DNA from: a virus
Reading direction: 5' to 3' (one strand)
Virus genome (UHGV): UHGV-1705688
Length of the DNA: 14,677 nucleotides
This document shows, in pieces, positions 1-7,557 of this stretch; position 1 is the first letter of the stretch; every line of letters starts with the position of its first letter. The translations under genes and the position numbers were made by a program. The notes beneath the pieces are model-generated. The model had not been told where the DNA came from. It worked only from the letters and a program-made list of their open reading frames with translations, and ran no database searches.

Positions 1-390
1 GTCAAAGAAGCCAACAACTCGGGGCATTTTCGATGCTGATGCTGCGCTCCAGATGAGGTTCCCGGCACTATCGAAAACATCCAGATAACCGCTCTGCATT
101 CCGATGTTTCTCGTCGTGCGGATCATGCTGCCTGCATTGTCTTCAAGAAGCTCAGCTCCGGGTAAACCATACTTGTTTACGTCCAGTTTAAGCCACCGCA
201 AGGTTCCGTCATTCCAGAATTGTTGCTGGGTAAATCCCAGCGTGCTTCCGTCACCAAACGGGCTGTCTACCCGGTAAAACCCTTTTTCAGTCACAGCCCC
301 CAGAGAACGCTGATCATAAAAAAGGGTGGACCTGTTTTGCGAATCGACGAGCAACTTCCCGGCACTGTTATAAACTTCGAATCCGCTCAT
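1..390 (-). CDS. Hypothetical protein, 5' portion only (130 codons in window, continues past position 1). Likely tail-tip or fibre-associated accessory protein.
   Basis: ATG at 390..388 overlaps the TGA stop of the upstream 100-aa gene (ATGA overlap). Open frame to the window edge; my translation begins MSGFEVYNSAGKLLVDSQNRSTLFYDQRSLGAV. Not in the ORF track because no stop lies in the window. Family not recognised. Confidence 0.5.
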   Translation of the reverse strand, partial: MSGFEVYNSAGKLLVDSQNRSTLFYDQRSLGAVTEKGFYRVDSPFGDGSTLGFTQQQFWNDGTLRWLKLDVNKYGLPGAELLEDNAGSMIRTTRNIGMQSGYLDVFDSAGNLIWSAASASKMPRVVGFFD

Positions 391-689
391 TGAAAGTTAT
401 AAACCTCAACTGTGAAAGTGAATGCAGGACTACCAGTGGTCGGTAAATAGAATGCAGTGAATCCGCCATTAAAAGCGCGGCAGTAATATTCATTTGCAGT
501 TACGCCAGTTGTAACAATGGATATAAATGAACCATCCTGGGTGATACCGGAAAATGAAACGTCTTTCGTCGTTTCCCCGGCAGCAAATGTTACTGTTGTG
601 CTTCCAATATAGCGGATAGCATAATCACTTAAATCAACGGCAATACGCCCTGCTCCGTCCCAGCATTGCAACCCCTGTGGCATTACCAT
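387..689 (-). CDS. Hypothetical 100-aa protein immediately downstream of J and overlapping it; function unknown.
   Basis: ORF track 387..689. ATG at 689..687 overlaps the J stop (683..685) by 7 nt; a second in-frame ATG lies at 683..681. Its stop overlaps the start of the next gene. Family not recognised. Confidence 0.55.
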   Translation of the reverse strand: MVMPQGLQCWDGAGRIAVDLSDYAIRYIGSTTVTFAAGETTKDVSFSGITQDGSFISIVTTGVTANEYYCRAFNGGFTAFYLPTTGSPAFTFTVEVYNFQ

Positions 690-3600
690 AACCCCATTCT
701 GACACGCAGCACGTTGTTGCTGTCGTAGATTTGAATGAGCGTGCTGGATATCAACATCCTGCCGCCGCCGCCCACACCGTTAATTTCAAACGTTCCCCCT
801 TTATCAAGCTTCCAGCCTACAGAGCCAGCCACATAGTTATTCGACTGGATGTAATTGCCAATTTTTGCATTGCTTATGGTCCCGTCGCCAATAACTGTAT
901 CCCTGATAATGGCCTGGCCATTCTGGATAACGAACGGCAGTGTTACAGTCCCGCCGACCATAGTAGTCACGGCGAAACGGTCTGCCAGGAAGATTACCTG
1001 TGACTGCATGCCGGAGGGTGTATTTTGAACCCCAATACCCATCCCGGCAGCGTAATACTGCCCGTTACTGGACACCCCCACCTTGATGTTATACATCGCG
1101 CTGAGGTTACCGTTTACATCTGCTATAGCCTGTGCGTTGACGTTTATCGCTGCACTGTTTTCGCCTGATTTAACAGTCAGAGTGTTGATTTTTGTTGCCG
1201 AAGCCTGAGTGAAGTCAGCCAGGGTTTCGGTGAGATCGGTTGCATTGGAAATATTGCCACCGGCAGATGCATCCAGCGTAACAAGTGCGCGGGCAACCGC
1301 CGAACTGGTATCCGCAATCGTTGTGTCAATGCGGTCGATGCTGGCGCTGTTTCCGGCATTCGTCACGGTTTGAGATCGACGCGAAGTAACCTGCGCCAGC
1401 CCATTCTGGATTATGGCGATGGCGGAGTTCTTCACTCCCCCAGCCATGCCGTCCACAGACACGCTGATGTTATCGATGCGCTGGCCCAGCGCGGTATCAG
1501 CCGTCGCCACTGTCTGCTCAAGCTCTGAGAGGGAAGACGACACTTCACCGACGGTGCTCGAAAGCTCATTAACGCTGGTCTGAACCTTTCCGACGTCCTG
1601 GGCATTTTTGGCAATATCCTTCGCCTGCTGCTCCAGTTCGTCGTTGGCCTGTTTGATGTCGTCAGCCATGCCAGCAATTTTTTCATTGCTGTCCACCGCG
1701 TTCTCGATCAGGTCTTTGAACGTATCGGAGTCTTTAATTTCCTCCAGAATCACATCTGTGATATCGGAAACATCGATGCTGGCCTGTCCTCGCACCCATT
1801 CTGTGTACCCTGATTCGTTGCCGCTGCGGTCCACCAGCTGCGCGCGGTACCAGAAAATCTGCCCAGCCTTAAGGCCCATCTGCTGATATTTGCGCTGCGG
1901 ATAAGGCACATCGGCCAGCAGCATTGCATCATCTTCGCTACCGGTCAGGCTGTACTGAATTTCCGTCTTCAGCGTGTCTTCGGTATTCGCCGGGAATCCC
2001 CAGTTCAGCTCGATACCGAATACCACGTTTTCAGAAGCGATGAAGCCAACCGGCTTCGGTGGATTGCCCACTTTACCCGTCAGCGTTTTCTCTTCTGAAT
2101 AGCCCCATCCGGATGAAATTTCTGCGGCATTGATTGCGCGCACCCGCACCAGGTAGCGCCCGGCATAAATCCCCGGGACGTCGAATGACGTGGTGGAGGT
2201 GCGCGGCACGTTAACCCAGTTCCCGTCGTTGCGGCGCCATTGCGCTTCATAGGCGATAGCGTTCTGCGCCTGGTCCCAGCTCACGCGCATTGTTTCGACG
2301 CTGATATTTTGCTGAACCACGGAAAACGAGCTGATCACGATATTCGCAGGCGGCGACTGGTTGCCCGGCGGGATCACGCTCACCGGCCGTTGGTCAATGA
2401 TGGCTCCGGTATCGATACGGGCATATTTATCCGGGTCGTGCCATGCGCCGGTAATCGAGAAAGTGCCATCATTGTTATCGGAAACGCTGACAACACGATA
2501 CTGCTGCGCGTAAAGCTCGTCAGATTCAACCACCCAAACAGCTTCGGCCTGTGGCGTCTCACTGTATGCCGTGGTGACTGTGACTGATTCCCCGTTCACG
2601 GCCTGAATGGTCCTGCTCTGCGACGCTCCGGAGGGAAGGTTGAGAATAAGTCGATCACCTGGTGCTGCATCAGCTACGCGGTCAAGTTTGATAACGCGAC
2701 CGTTAACGGCGCTGATGCGGCCGCCCATAACCTTTCCGGAAAGCAGCTCGTCTGCCACGGCGATGATGTAGCCCGGCTGCGGAATGTTTCCGTCCAGCCC
2801 GACATCAAACGAAACAACGCGATCCTTGTTATTGGTGAGAATACCCCAGCGCCCCTTTCGGTTCGCCTCTGACTGCCTGGTGCAGCCGATGGCTGTCATT
2901 TCCAGCTGATTGAAGCCGTACCGCGCCACCAGCGCCTGCTCAAATACCGGCTCCATCGCGTCGGCATAAGCGTTACCCGGGTCTGACCATGAAACCAGCG
3001 CTGTGGTGTAGCGGCTTTTCGTGGTGCTGCTCGAATAGGTGAAGCGACCGCCAACAACGTTAGCGCGCGTATAGCTGTAATCAACATCGCGCGGCATGTC
3101 AGCCAGGGCCACAATCTGATCCCCGCCCCAGTAGGTCATGCCACGGAAGATAGCGGCAAAATCACGCAGGACTGTGTAGGCGTCGTTCCGGTCCTGAATG
3201 TACACGTTGCAGGTATAGCGTGGTTCTGTACCGTTGCCCCCTTTGCCGTCTGGTACCATCTGATCACAATACTGAGCAACCTGATAAAGCGTCCATTTAT
3301 CAATATTCGCAGCGGTCAAACGGTGCCCAAGGCCGAACCGGTCAGAAACAACCAGGTCGTAAAAAATCCACGCAGGGTTATCCGTCCATGCCCACTTAAA
3401 CGCACCGGTCCATGTACCGCTATAAGTGCGGGTTTCAGGGTCGTAGGTATCTGGAACGCGGATAACGCGGCCGCGCGGTTCGCATGAAATTTGAGGAATA
3501 GAGCCGTTGAACTGGCTTGAGTCGAATTCGACGTAGAGCAGCGCGGTGTTCGGGTAGCGCAGTTTGGCGTCAATCACCTCGGTGAAGCTCTGCAGCATCA

Positions 3601-4219
3601 TCGTGTCGCCGATCTTCGCGCTGTTGGCGTCAGAGGTAATCTTACGCAGACGTATTGTCCAGGTGCTGCCAGCCTGCGGTAAATCGATACGGTGGCTGCG
3701 CTCATAACCAGACGTCGTTTTGCCGGTCACGCTGGTATTGAGTACCGTCTGCCATGTGCCGCCGTCCGTCTGTAGGTCAATCGCATAATTGACCGAGTAA
3801 CCCACCAGATCGCCGTCGTCTTCCTGTTTGAAAAGCGAGGGCCATTTAAGACGCAGGCGAACTGCTGAAAGCTGCGTATTGGTAAACGTGCGCGTCCAGG
3901 CTGTGGCACTTGATACCTCAGTTCCTACGCTGATCTCGTTTTCGGTACCGGGAATACCCTGAATATATTTTTGCGCCTGCGTTCCCGCGCGAAACTCCCA
4001 CGTTACCCCGCTGAAGTTTTGGGAGCCGTCAGCATTCTCCAGCGCTGTTCCGTCCAGGTAGATATCTTTGCCGGTTAATTGCCCGGAGAACTCGCCCTCG
4101 CCAAGGGCGATTAAAATTTTCGCCTTCGCAACTGACTGCAGATCATCGGGCTGTTCAGTTGGAGTGCGTGTCTTTGAACTACCGCCTTTGCGGCCTTTAA
4201 TCGCGGTTGCAGTTGCCAT
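683..4219 (-). CDS. J: Tail tip / host specificity protein J (central tail fibre), 1178 aa. Lambda-like N-terminal and central part; longer coiled-coil segment and divergent C-terminal receptor-binding end.
   Basis: Largest ORF in the window, in the lambda position after I. Segments such as GTEPRYTCNVYIQDRNDAYTVLRDF and SQVIFLADRFAV...PFVIQNGQ match lambda J as I recall it; the last part ending GRMLISSTLIQIYDSNNVLRVRMGLW does not. ATG at 4219..4217. Confidence 0.93.
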   Translation of the reverse strand: MATATAIKGRKGGSSKTRTPTEQPDDLQSVAKAKILIALGEGEFSGQLTGKDIYLDGTALENADGSQNFSGVTWEFRAGTQAQKYIQGIPGTENEISVGTEVSSATAWTRTFTNTQLSAVRLRLKWPSLFKQEDDGDLVGYSVNYAIDLQTDGGTWQTVLNTSVTGKTTSGYERSHRIDLPQAGSTWTIRLRKITSDANSAKIGDTMMLQSFTEVIDAKLRYPNTALLYVEFDSSQFNGSIPQISCEPRGRVIRVPDTYDPETRTYSGTWTGAFKWAWTDNPAWIFYDLVVSDRFGLGHRLTAANIDKWTLYQVAQYCDQMVPDGKGGNGTEPRYTCNVYIQDRNDAYTVLRDFAAIFRGMTYWGGDQIVALADMPRDVDYSYTRANVVGGRFTYSSSTTKSRYTTALVSWSDPGNAYADAMEPVFEQALVARYGFNQLEMTAIGCTRQSEANRKGRWGILTNNKDRVVSFDVGLDGNIPQPGYIIAVADELLSGKVMGGRISAVNGRVIKLDRVADAAPGDRLILNLPSGASQSRTIQAVNGESVTVTTAYSETPQAEAVWVVESDELYAQQYRVVSVSDNNDGTFSITGAWHDPDKYARIDTGAIIDQRPVSVIPPGNQSPPANIVISSFSVVQQNISVETMRVSWDQAQNAIAYEAQWRRNDGNWVNVPRTSTTSFDVPGIYAGRYLVRVRAINAAEISSGWGYSEEKTLTGKVGNPPKPVGFIASENVVFGIELNWGFPANTEDTLKTEIQYSLTGSEDDAMLLADVPYPQRKYQQMGLKAGQIFWYRAQLVDRSGNESGYTEWVRGQASIDVSDITDVILEEIKDSDTFKDLIENAVDSNEKIAGMADDIKQANDELEQQAKDIAKNAQDVGKVQTSVNELSSTVGEVSSSLSELEQTVATADTALGQRIDNISVSVDGMAGGVKNSAIAIIQNGLAQVTSRRSQTVTNAGNSASIDRIDTTIADTSSAVARALVTLDASAGGNISNATDLTETLADFTQASATKINTLTVKSGENSAAINVNAQAIADVNGNLSAMYNIKVGVSSNGQYYAAGMGIGVQNTPSGMQSQVIFLADRFAVTTMVGGTVTLPFVIQNGQAIIRDTVIGDGTISNAKIGNYIQSNNYVAGSVGWKLDKGGTFEINGVGGGGRMLISSTLIQIYDSNNVLRVRMGLW

Positions 4220-4230
4220 ATTGCGTCCAT

Positions 4231-4253
4231 AAAAAAAGCCACCCGGAGGTGGC
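4231..4253 (-). terminator. Intrinsic (rho-independent) terminator oriented for minus-strand transcripts, ending 11 nt upstream of the J start codon.
   Basis: Plus-strand GCCACC-CGGA-GGTGGC (4238..4253), a perfect 6-bp GC-rich stem with 4-nt loop, adjacent to A7 (4231..4237); on the minus strand this reads hairpin followed by U7. Confidence 0.6.
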
Positions 4254-4385
4254 TACTGTTTAAATATCAGGCTGTTGGTAACAGGAATCCCTGGTTAATG
4301 TGTAAGCTCAGCCCGCCAGTGGTAGGCCGCTGGCGTTAACTGACCGAGGGATGGCTGAAGTACCCGGTTAAAACGGAGTAATAAG

Positions 4386-4601
4386 ATGATCGAAGAAAAG
4401 TTCGTGGATTTTAGATTTACTCTTGACGAAAATATTCCTAGAGAAATCGCTTTAGAAATTGTGGCTCTAAGACAAGTTACAATGGTATTAACAGCAGCAT
4501 TGCCAGTAGATACAAGGCAACAAGTTATTGAAATCCTATCAAAGACAAACTCACCACAAATTCAAGACATCGTCAAAAATATGAAGCTTATTGACGCCTA
4601 A
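4386..4601 (+). CDS. Hypothetical 71-aa protein in a low-GC insert, antisense to the late operon. Uncertain whether it is expressed.
   Basis: ORF track. ATG at 4386 preceded by GGAG with ~7-nt spacer. A/T-rich third codon positions with AGA/AGG/CTA codons suggest foreign origin. No convincing sigma-70 promoter found in 4254..4385. Overlaps the minus-strand 49-aa ORF by 51 nt. Confidence 0.35.
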   Translation: MIEEKFVDFRFTLDENIPREIALEIVALRQVTMVLTAALPVDTRQQVIEILSKTNSPQIQDIVKNMKLIDA

Positions 4602-4700
4602 TGTCATTGAAGCATCGTACTCTACGGTCTCATGCGGGACCGTTTCATTAACTTCAGATGTTTCATTTTCAGTTTTTTCTACTCGTGACTCAAAAGACAT
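4551..4700 (-). CDS. Hypothetical 49-aa acidic protein in the low-GC insert, co-directional with the late operon. Alternative or partner to the 71-aa plus-strand ORF.
   Basis: My own translation (below the ORF-track length cutoff): MSFESRVEKTENETSEVNETVPHETVEYDASMTLGVNKLHIFDDVLNLW. ATG at 4700..4698 is preceded by a perfect AAGGAG (plus 4707..4712) with 6-nt spacer, 20 nt downstream of the I stop. Confidence 0.3.
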   Translation of the reverse strand: MSFESRVEKTENETSEVNETVPHETVEYDASMTLGVNKLHIFDDVLNLW

Positions 4701-4720
4701 ACACATCTCCTTAACTTAGC

Positions 4721-5326
4721 TTACTGCTGATCTTCGACATAAATTCCGGCAGAAATAATCGCTCCGCCGATTCGACGCTTACCATAAAGCAGAGGCACCG
4801 GGTAGCCTTGCGCTGCAGTGTTGGTTACCCCGCCAAACGCATACGATGCACGGTTATCTGCGCTTTGTTTACTGGCTATGCCTGATGGCTGCGGTGAAAG
4901 CAGCTGAATAACCCCACCGAGGACCAACGAGGCACCAGTGGCAGCAGCAAACCCCGTCAATCCACCAGCAGCGAAAGCAGCGCCAATACCGCCAGAAACA
5001 AAGACTGCAGCAGTTATCAAAACTGCTCCTAATATCGTCTGAAAAAGACCAGCGCGTTTACTACCGATAATTACAGGCATAATCCTTACTACATCGCCTT
5101 CAGAGGGAAAACCCATCTCATCTGCGGCAATATTTCTTTTCCCTTTGAACACCGCGAAAGTTAATCCGCGACGTTTACTGCTGATCATGAAACTTTCGAA
5201 ACCGGGCAATGTTTTACTTAAAGCAATAGCAGCTTCACCAGTTCGCGCTATCAGTCGTTGATGGGTTCTACCGAATGTCTTTCCTAACACTCCGCCGAGC
5301 TGAATTGTTGTCATTACTTCTTTCAT
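4721..5326 (-). CDS. I: Tail assembly protein I, 201 aa.
   Basis: ORF track. Position between K and J; N-terminal pattern and hydrophobic Gly/Ala-rich C-terminal half ending PVPLLYGKRRIGG resemble lambda I. ATG at 5326..5324. Confidence 0.85.
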   Translation of the reverse strand: MKEVMTTIQLGGVLGKTFGRTHQRLIARTGEAAIALSKTLPGFESFMISSKRRGLTFAVFKGKRNIAADEMGFPSEGDVVRIMPVIIGSKRAGLFQTILGAVLITAAVFVSGGIGAAFAAGGLTGFAAATGASLVLGGVIQLLSPQPSGIASKQSADNRASYAFGGVTNTAAQGYPVPLLYGKRRIGGAIISAGIYVEDQQ

Positions 5327-5337
5327 ATTCTCACCAT

Positions 5338-5358
5338 AAAAAAAACCGCCGAAGCGGG
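5338..5358 (-). terminator. Small intrinsic terminator 12 nt after the lipoprotein gene stop and just upstream of the I ribosome-binding site.
   Basis: On the minus strand: CCGC-UUCG-GCGG (4-bp GC stem with UUCG tetraloop) followed by a run of 8 U (plus-strand A8 at 5338..5345). Confidence 0.5.
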
Positions 5359-5369
5359 TTAAGTCTTGG

Positions 5370-5711
5370 TTAGATACAGCGTTCTATTACTTTAATCCGG
5401 CTGTTTATTCGATAAGCAAATAGCCCACCTTGATGACGGAATTCAATCTTGGTAATTCCGCCGTCCGATATTAAATCAACCATCTCAAGTTGAGATTGTG
5501 TAAATACAGTTTTACCACCGTCATAAGGCTGAATAAAAACGCTTCCATATTTTTGGCTTTCTTCTTGCCAGCCAGAGAGTATGCATTCAGCTACTGCGTC
5601 AATTTGTTTCTTCGATTGAAAATTATTTGACGCTGGTTCCTTCCGGAGATCCTGCATACTCGAACAACCAGCCATGATTATCAAAGAAAGTGTCAATAAT
5701 GTTTTTTTCAT
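5370..5711 (-). CDS. Predicted outer-membrane lipoprotein, 113-aa precursor, inserted between K and I. Candidate moron, possibly superinfection exclusion or receptor masking.
   Basis: Inside track ORF 5370..5879, but the true start is the internal ATG at 5711..5709, giving MKKTLLTLSLIIMAGCSS: a basic N-terminus, hydrophobic core and a lipobox-like IMAGC with Ser at +2. Gene is markedly AT-rich versus neighbours and is followed by its own terminator. Lambda has no gene here. Confidence 0.75.
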   Translation of the reverse strand: MKKTLLTLSLIIMAGCSSMQDLRKEPASNNFQSKKQIDAVAECILSGWQEESQKYGSVFIQPYDGGKTVFTQSQLEMVDLISDGGITKIEFRHQGGLFAYRINSRIKVIERCI

Positions 5712-5730
5712 ATCCCTATCCCCTTTGGTT

Positions 5731-5759
5731 TTACAAAAGGTTAGCACAGAGATTTGTAA
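5731..5759 (-). promoter_or_regulatory. Inverted repeat TTACAAA-N15-TTTGTAA spanning the K stop codon, overlapping a weak sigma-70-like -35/-10 candidate for the lipoprotein gene.
   Basis: Plus 5731..5737 TTACAAA and 5753..5759 TTTGTAA are reverse complements. On the minus strand a TTACAA -35-like hexamer and a TGTAAA -10-like hexamer lie ~18 nt apart, 15-20 nt upstream of the lipoprotein ATG. Matches to consensus are modest. Confidence 0.25.
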
Positions 5760-6451
5760 CGTAGAACCTTCATCGTCCTTTCCTGCCAGTAGCCACCATA
5801 CGGCACACGCTGGCTCAGATGTCCATACAGGTGGTGCAGCAGCATATTGCCCTCCAGCAGGATTCCCGCGTGATTCCACTTATCAGCCTGGACCTGCATG
5901 ATCACCATATCGCCGGGTTTCGGTGGTCCGTCGAATTCACGGAATCCGCACTCATACCAGCAATCCTGATAGAAGTTGTCCGGATAGTCGTTTTCCCACC
6001 AGGGATAATCAACCCGGTAATCGTGGAGCTCGATACCATGCGTTTGCCGGAAATAGCTCATTACCAGCCCCCAGCAGTCGAAGTGTCCAAGCACAAACGG
6101 ACGCTCCAGCAGTGGCAGTTCTCCGCGCGGCTGGATGGTGCGTAAATCCCCCTCCGGCCAGCTCACAATATGCCAGGGTAAAAGCGTTGCGTCGCATTGC
6201 GCTTTATCCAGTTCGCTCGGCTGCGTAGTGGCGTCAGGGTGACTGTGAACGATGGCGATCACCGTACCCCAGTCCTCAGCAGCTGCATAGTCTTCTGGCG
6301 ACAGGTGAAAATGTTCTGTCGGCTCGGTAGCGAGGTTACTACATGGAAAATATTTCTCTACCCGGCTCTTTTGCGCCACCACGCCGCAACACTCATGAGG
6401 ATATTCAGCTGCAGCATGCGCCATAATCGCATCGATGGTTTTCTGACGCAT
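5741..6451 (-). CDS. K: Tail assembly protein K, 236 aa, with a JAMM/MPN metalloprotease-like domain and an NlpC/P60-like cysteine peptidase domain.
   Basis: ORF track. HSHPDATTQPSELD fits the JAMM motif HxH-x7-S-x2-D; the C-terminal half has a conserved Cys (FDCWGLV) and His (HAGILLEG), consistent with NlpC/P60. Lambda position between L and I. Confidence 0.9.
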   Translation of the reverse strand: MRQKTIDAIMAHAAAEYPHECCGVVAQKSRVEKYFPCSNLATEPTEHFHLSPEDYAAAEDWGTVIAIVHSHPDATTQPSELDKAQCDATLLPWHIVSWPEGDLRTIQPRGELPLLERPFVLGHFDCWGLVMSYFRQTHGIELHDYRVDYPWWENDYPDNFYQDCWYECGFREFDGPPKPGDMVIMQVQADKWNHAGILLEGNMLLHHLYGHLSQRVPYGGYWQERTMKVLRYKSLC

Positions 6452-6452
6452 A

Positions 6453-7208
6453 TCAACTCCTGATCAAAGACGTGCCCGGGAAGCCACCAAACGAGAGTTC
6501 GTTATCTTCGCCGAATCGGAGTTTGCAGGCCGTCAGCGTGCCGTTGCATTCATCCAGCGACGGATCGCTTACCGGGTTGTTGTTTTTGTCGAAATAGCGC
6601 GTACCGGCATAGTCGCAGCCATCGCCGGTTCGGTACTTGTTCCGGATGCACCATGTGCACAGAGAATGAAGCTGGCGGGTAGGTATCATCAGCCCCTGCA
6701 GATCCATAGGGCTGGATAGTGTGAACTCAACAACTTCATTGGTTTCACTGCTCTTTGCATCGATGTAGAAAACCTTCAGCTTCTCCTGGGTCGGATCGGC
6801 TGTCGGATTGCCTCCGGTGAAGTTTCTCGCATCGAGATACTTACCAAGGGTGTCATGTATCGTCACCTTCGCCTGCAGCATATCGTCGTAAGCCAGGCAA
6901 AGCGCGGTGATCGAACTGTCGAGGTTAGCAACCGAAAGTTTTGGCTGGGCACTACTTCCCGAGGTTGAAGCCTCGATCCCCTCAATCTGACACGGCCAGG
7001 CTTTATACTCCTCACCCTGCCACCAGATGGACTTCGCTGGAAGTTTATTCTCATCCCCGCCTGCAGCCTCAATCTCTTCCGGGGTATGCGCGATGTTATG
7101 TGCGTGGAAGCGGAGTACATCTGACATACCGAACGCCGTGCCATCGACAGAAAAAAGCCGGACTTCATTGCCCGGCTCGAGTTTTTGATAATCAGCATTA
7201 AGACTCAT
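6453..7208 (-). CDS. L: Minor tail protein L, 251 aa, with C-terminal cysteine cluster (probable Fe-S site).
   Basis: ORF track. Start ATG overlaps the M stop (ATGA). C-terminal CTWC...C...C cysteine cluster as in lambda gpL. Synteny M-L-K. Confidence 0.9.
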   Translation of the reverse strand: MSLNADYQKLEPGNEVRLFSVDGTAFGMSDVLRFHAHNIAHTPEEIEAAGGDENKLPAKSIWWQGEEYKAWPCQIEGIEASTSGSSAQPKLSVANLDSSITALCLAYDDMLQAKVTIHDTLGKYLDARNFTGGNPTADPTQEKLKVFYIDAKSSETNEVVEFTLSSPMDLQGLMIPTRQLHSLCTWCIRNKYRTGDGCDYAGTRYFDKNNNPVSDPSLDECNGTLTACKLRFGEDNELSFGGFPGTSLIRS

Positions 7209-7552
7209 GGTGCAAATGCCTGTTCAAACGTTGCGGTTACGGTTATCACTTTTACGTTTTTAACCACCTTTTTGAGCGTGTCAGCCTCGACACGCCACAG
7301 CGCGGTATCGCCGAAAGGCGGAGTGAAAATAAACGACTTCACTTTATGCCGCCGAAGGAAAGCGTGAATTTCATTCGCTGTAGTCGGATCCCCTGAAAAG
7401 GAATATTCATAGGTACGAATCTCATCATTCAGGCCGGAGCCGCTCACCTGTGCGTACCCGTCGCCGAACTGAACCTTCCTGACTGTGTCTTTGCTTCCCT
7501 CGGTGGGCTGGCTGGAAACCTTAATGCCCCAGGGGAATGTTTCTATCGTCAT
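7205..7552 (-). CDS. M: Minor tail protein M, 115 aa.
   Basis: ORF track. Size and position between H and L; VRKVQFGDGYAQ resembles lambda M VRKVRFGDGYSQ as recalled. Confidence 0.85.
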   Translation of the reverse strand: MTIETFPWGIKVSSQPTEGSKDTVRKVQFGDGYAQVSGSGLNDEIRTYEYSFSGDPTTANEIHAFLRRHKVKSFIFTPPFGDTALWRVEADTLKKVVKNVKVITVTATFEQAFAP

Positions 7553-7557
7553 AACTG

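Noticed and set aside
731-3909. Short ORFs from the track inside J on both strands (for example 731..1003, 1177..1359, 1432..1686, 2240..2587, 2896..3114, 3316..3573, 3727..3909).
   Set aside because: All are nested in the 1178-aa J frame, which has strong homology support; none has its own start context.
4254-4385. Possible tRNA or small structured RNA in the non-coding stretch between the J-upstream terminator and the 71-aa ORF.
   Set aside because: No cloverleaf-compatible conserved elements (no GTTC-type T-arm or matching acceptor stem) seen by eye. Left as unexplained non-coding sequence that may carry a promoter.
4613-4660. Possible plus-strand terminator for the 71-aa ORF (CGGTC-N8-GACCG followed by a T-rich stretch).
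   Set aside because: Stem is only 5 bp with an 8-nt loop and the T-rich tract is interrupted. It also lies inside the minus-strand 49-aa ORF. Too weak to call.
5370-5879. Full 169-aa version of the track ORF, which would overlap the K 3' end by about 140 nt.
   Set aside because: The upstream extension has no signal-peptide logic and overlaps K in another frame. The internal ATG at 5711 gives a textbook lipoprotein signal and has an upstream purine-rich RBS.
5674-6463. Plus-strand and alternative-frame ORFs from the track inside K and the lipoprotein gene (5674..5901, 5819..6145, 5923..6228, 6009..6197, 6197..6463).
   Set aside because: Overlap the K gene, which has clear catalytic motifs, in antisense or other frames; no independent support.
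6863-7367. ORFs from the track inside or overlapping L and M (6863..7198 minus, 6941..7201 plus, 7185..7367 plus).
   Set aside because: Alternative-frame or antisense overlaps of L and M; Arg/Ser-rich translations typical of off-frame reading.
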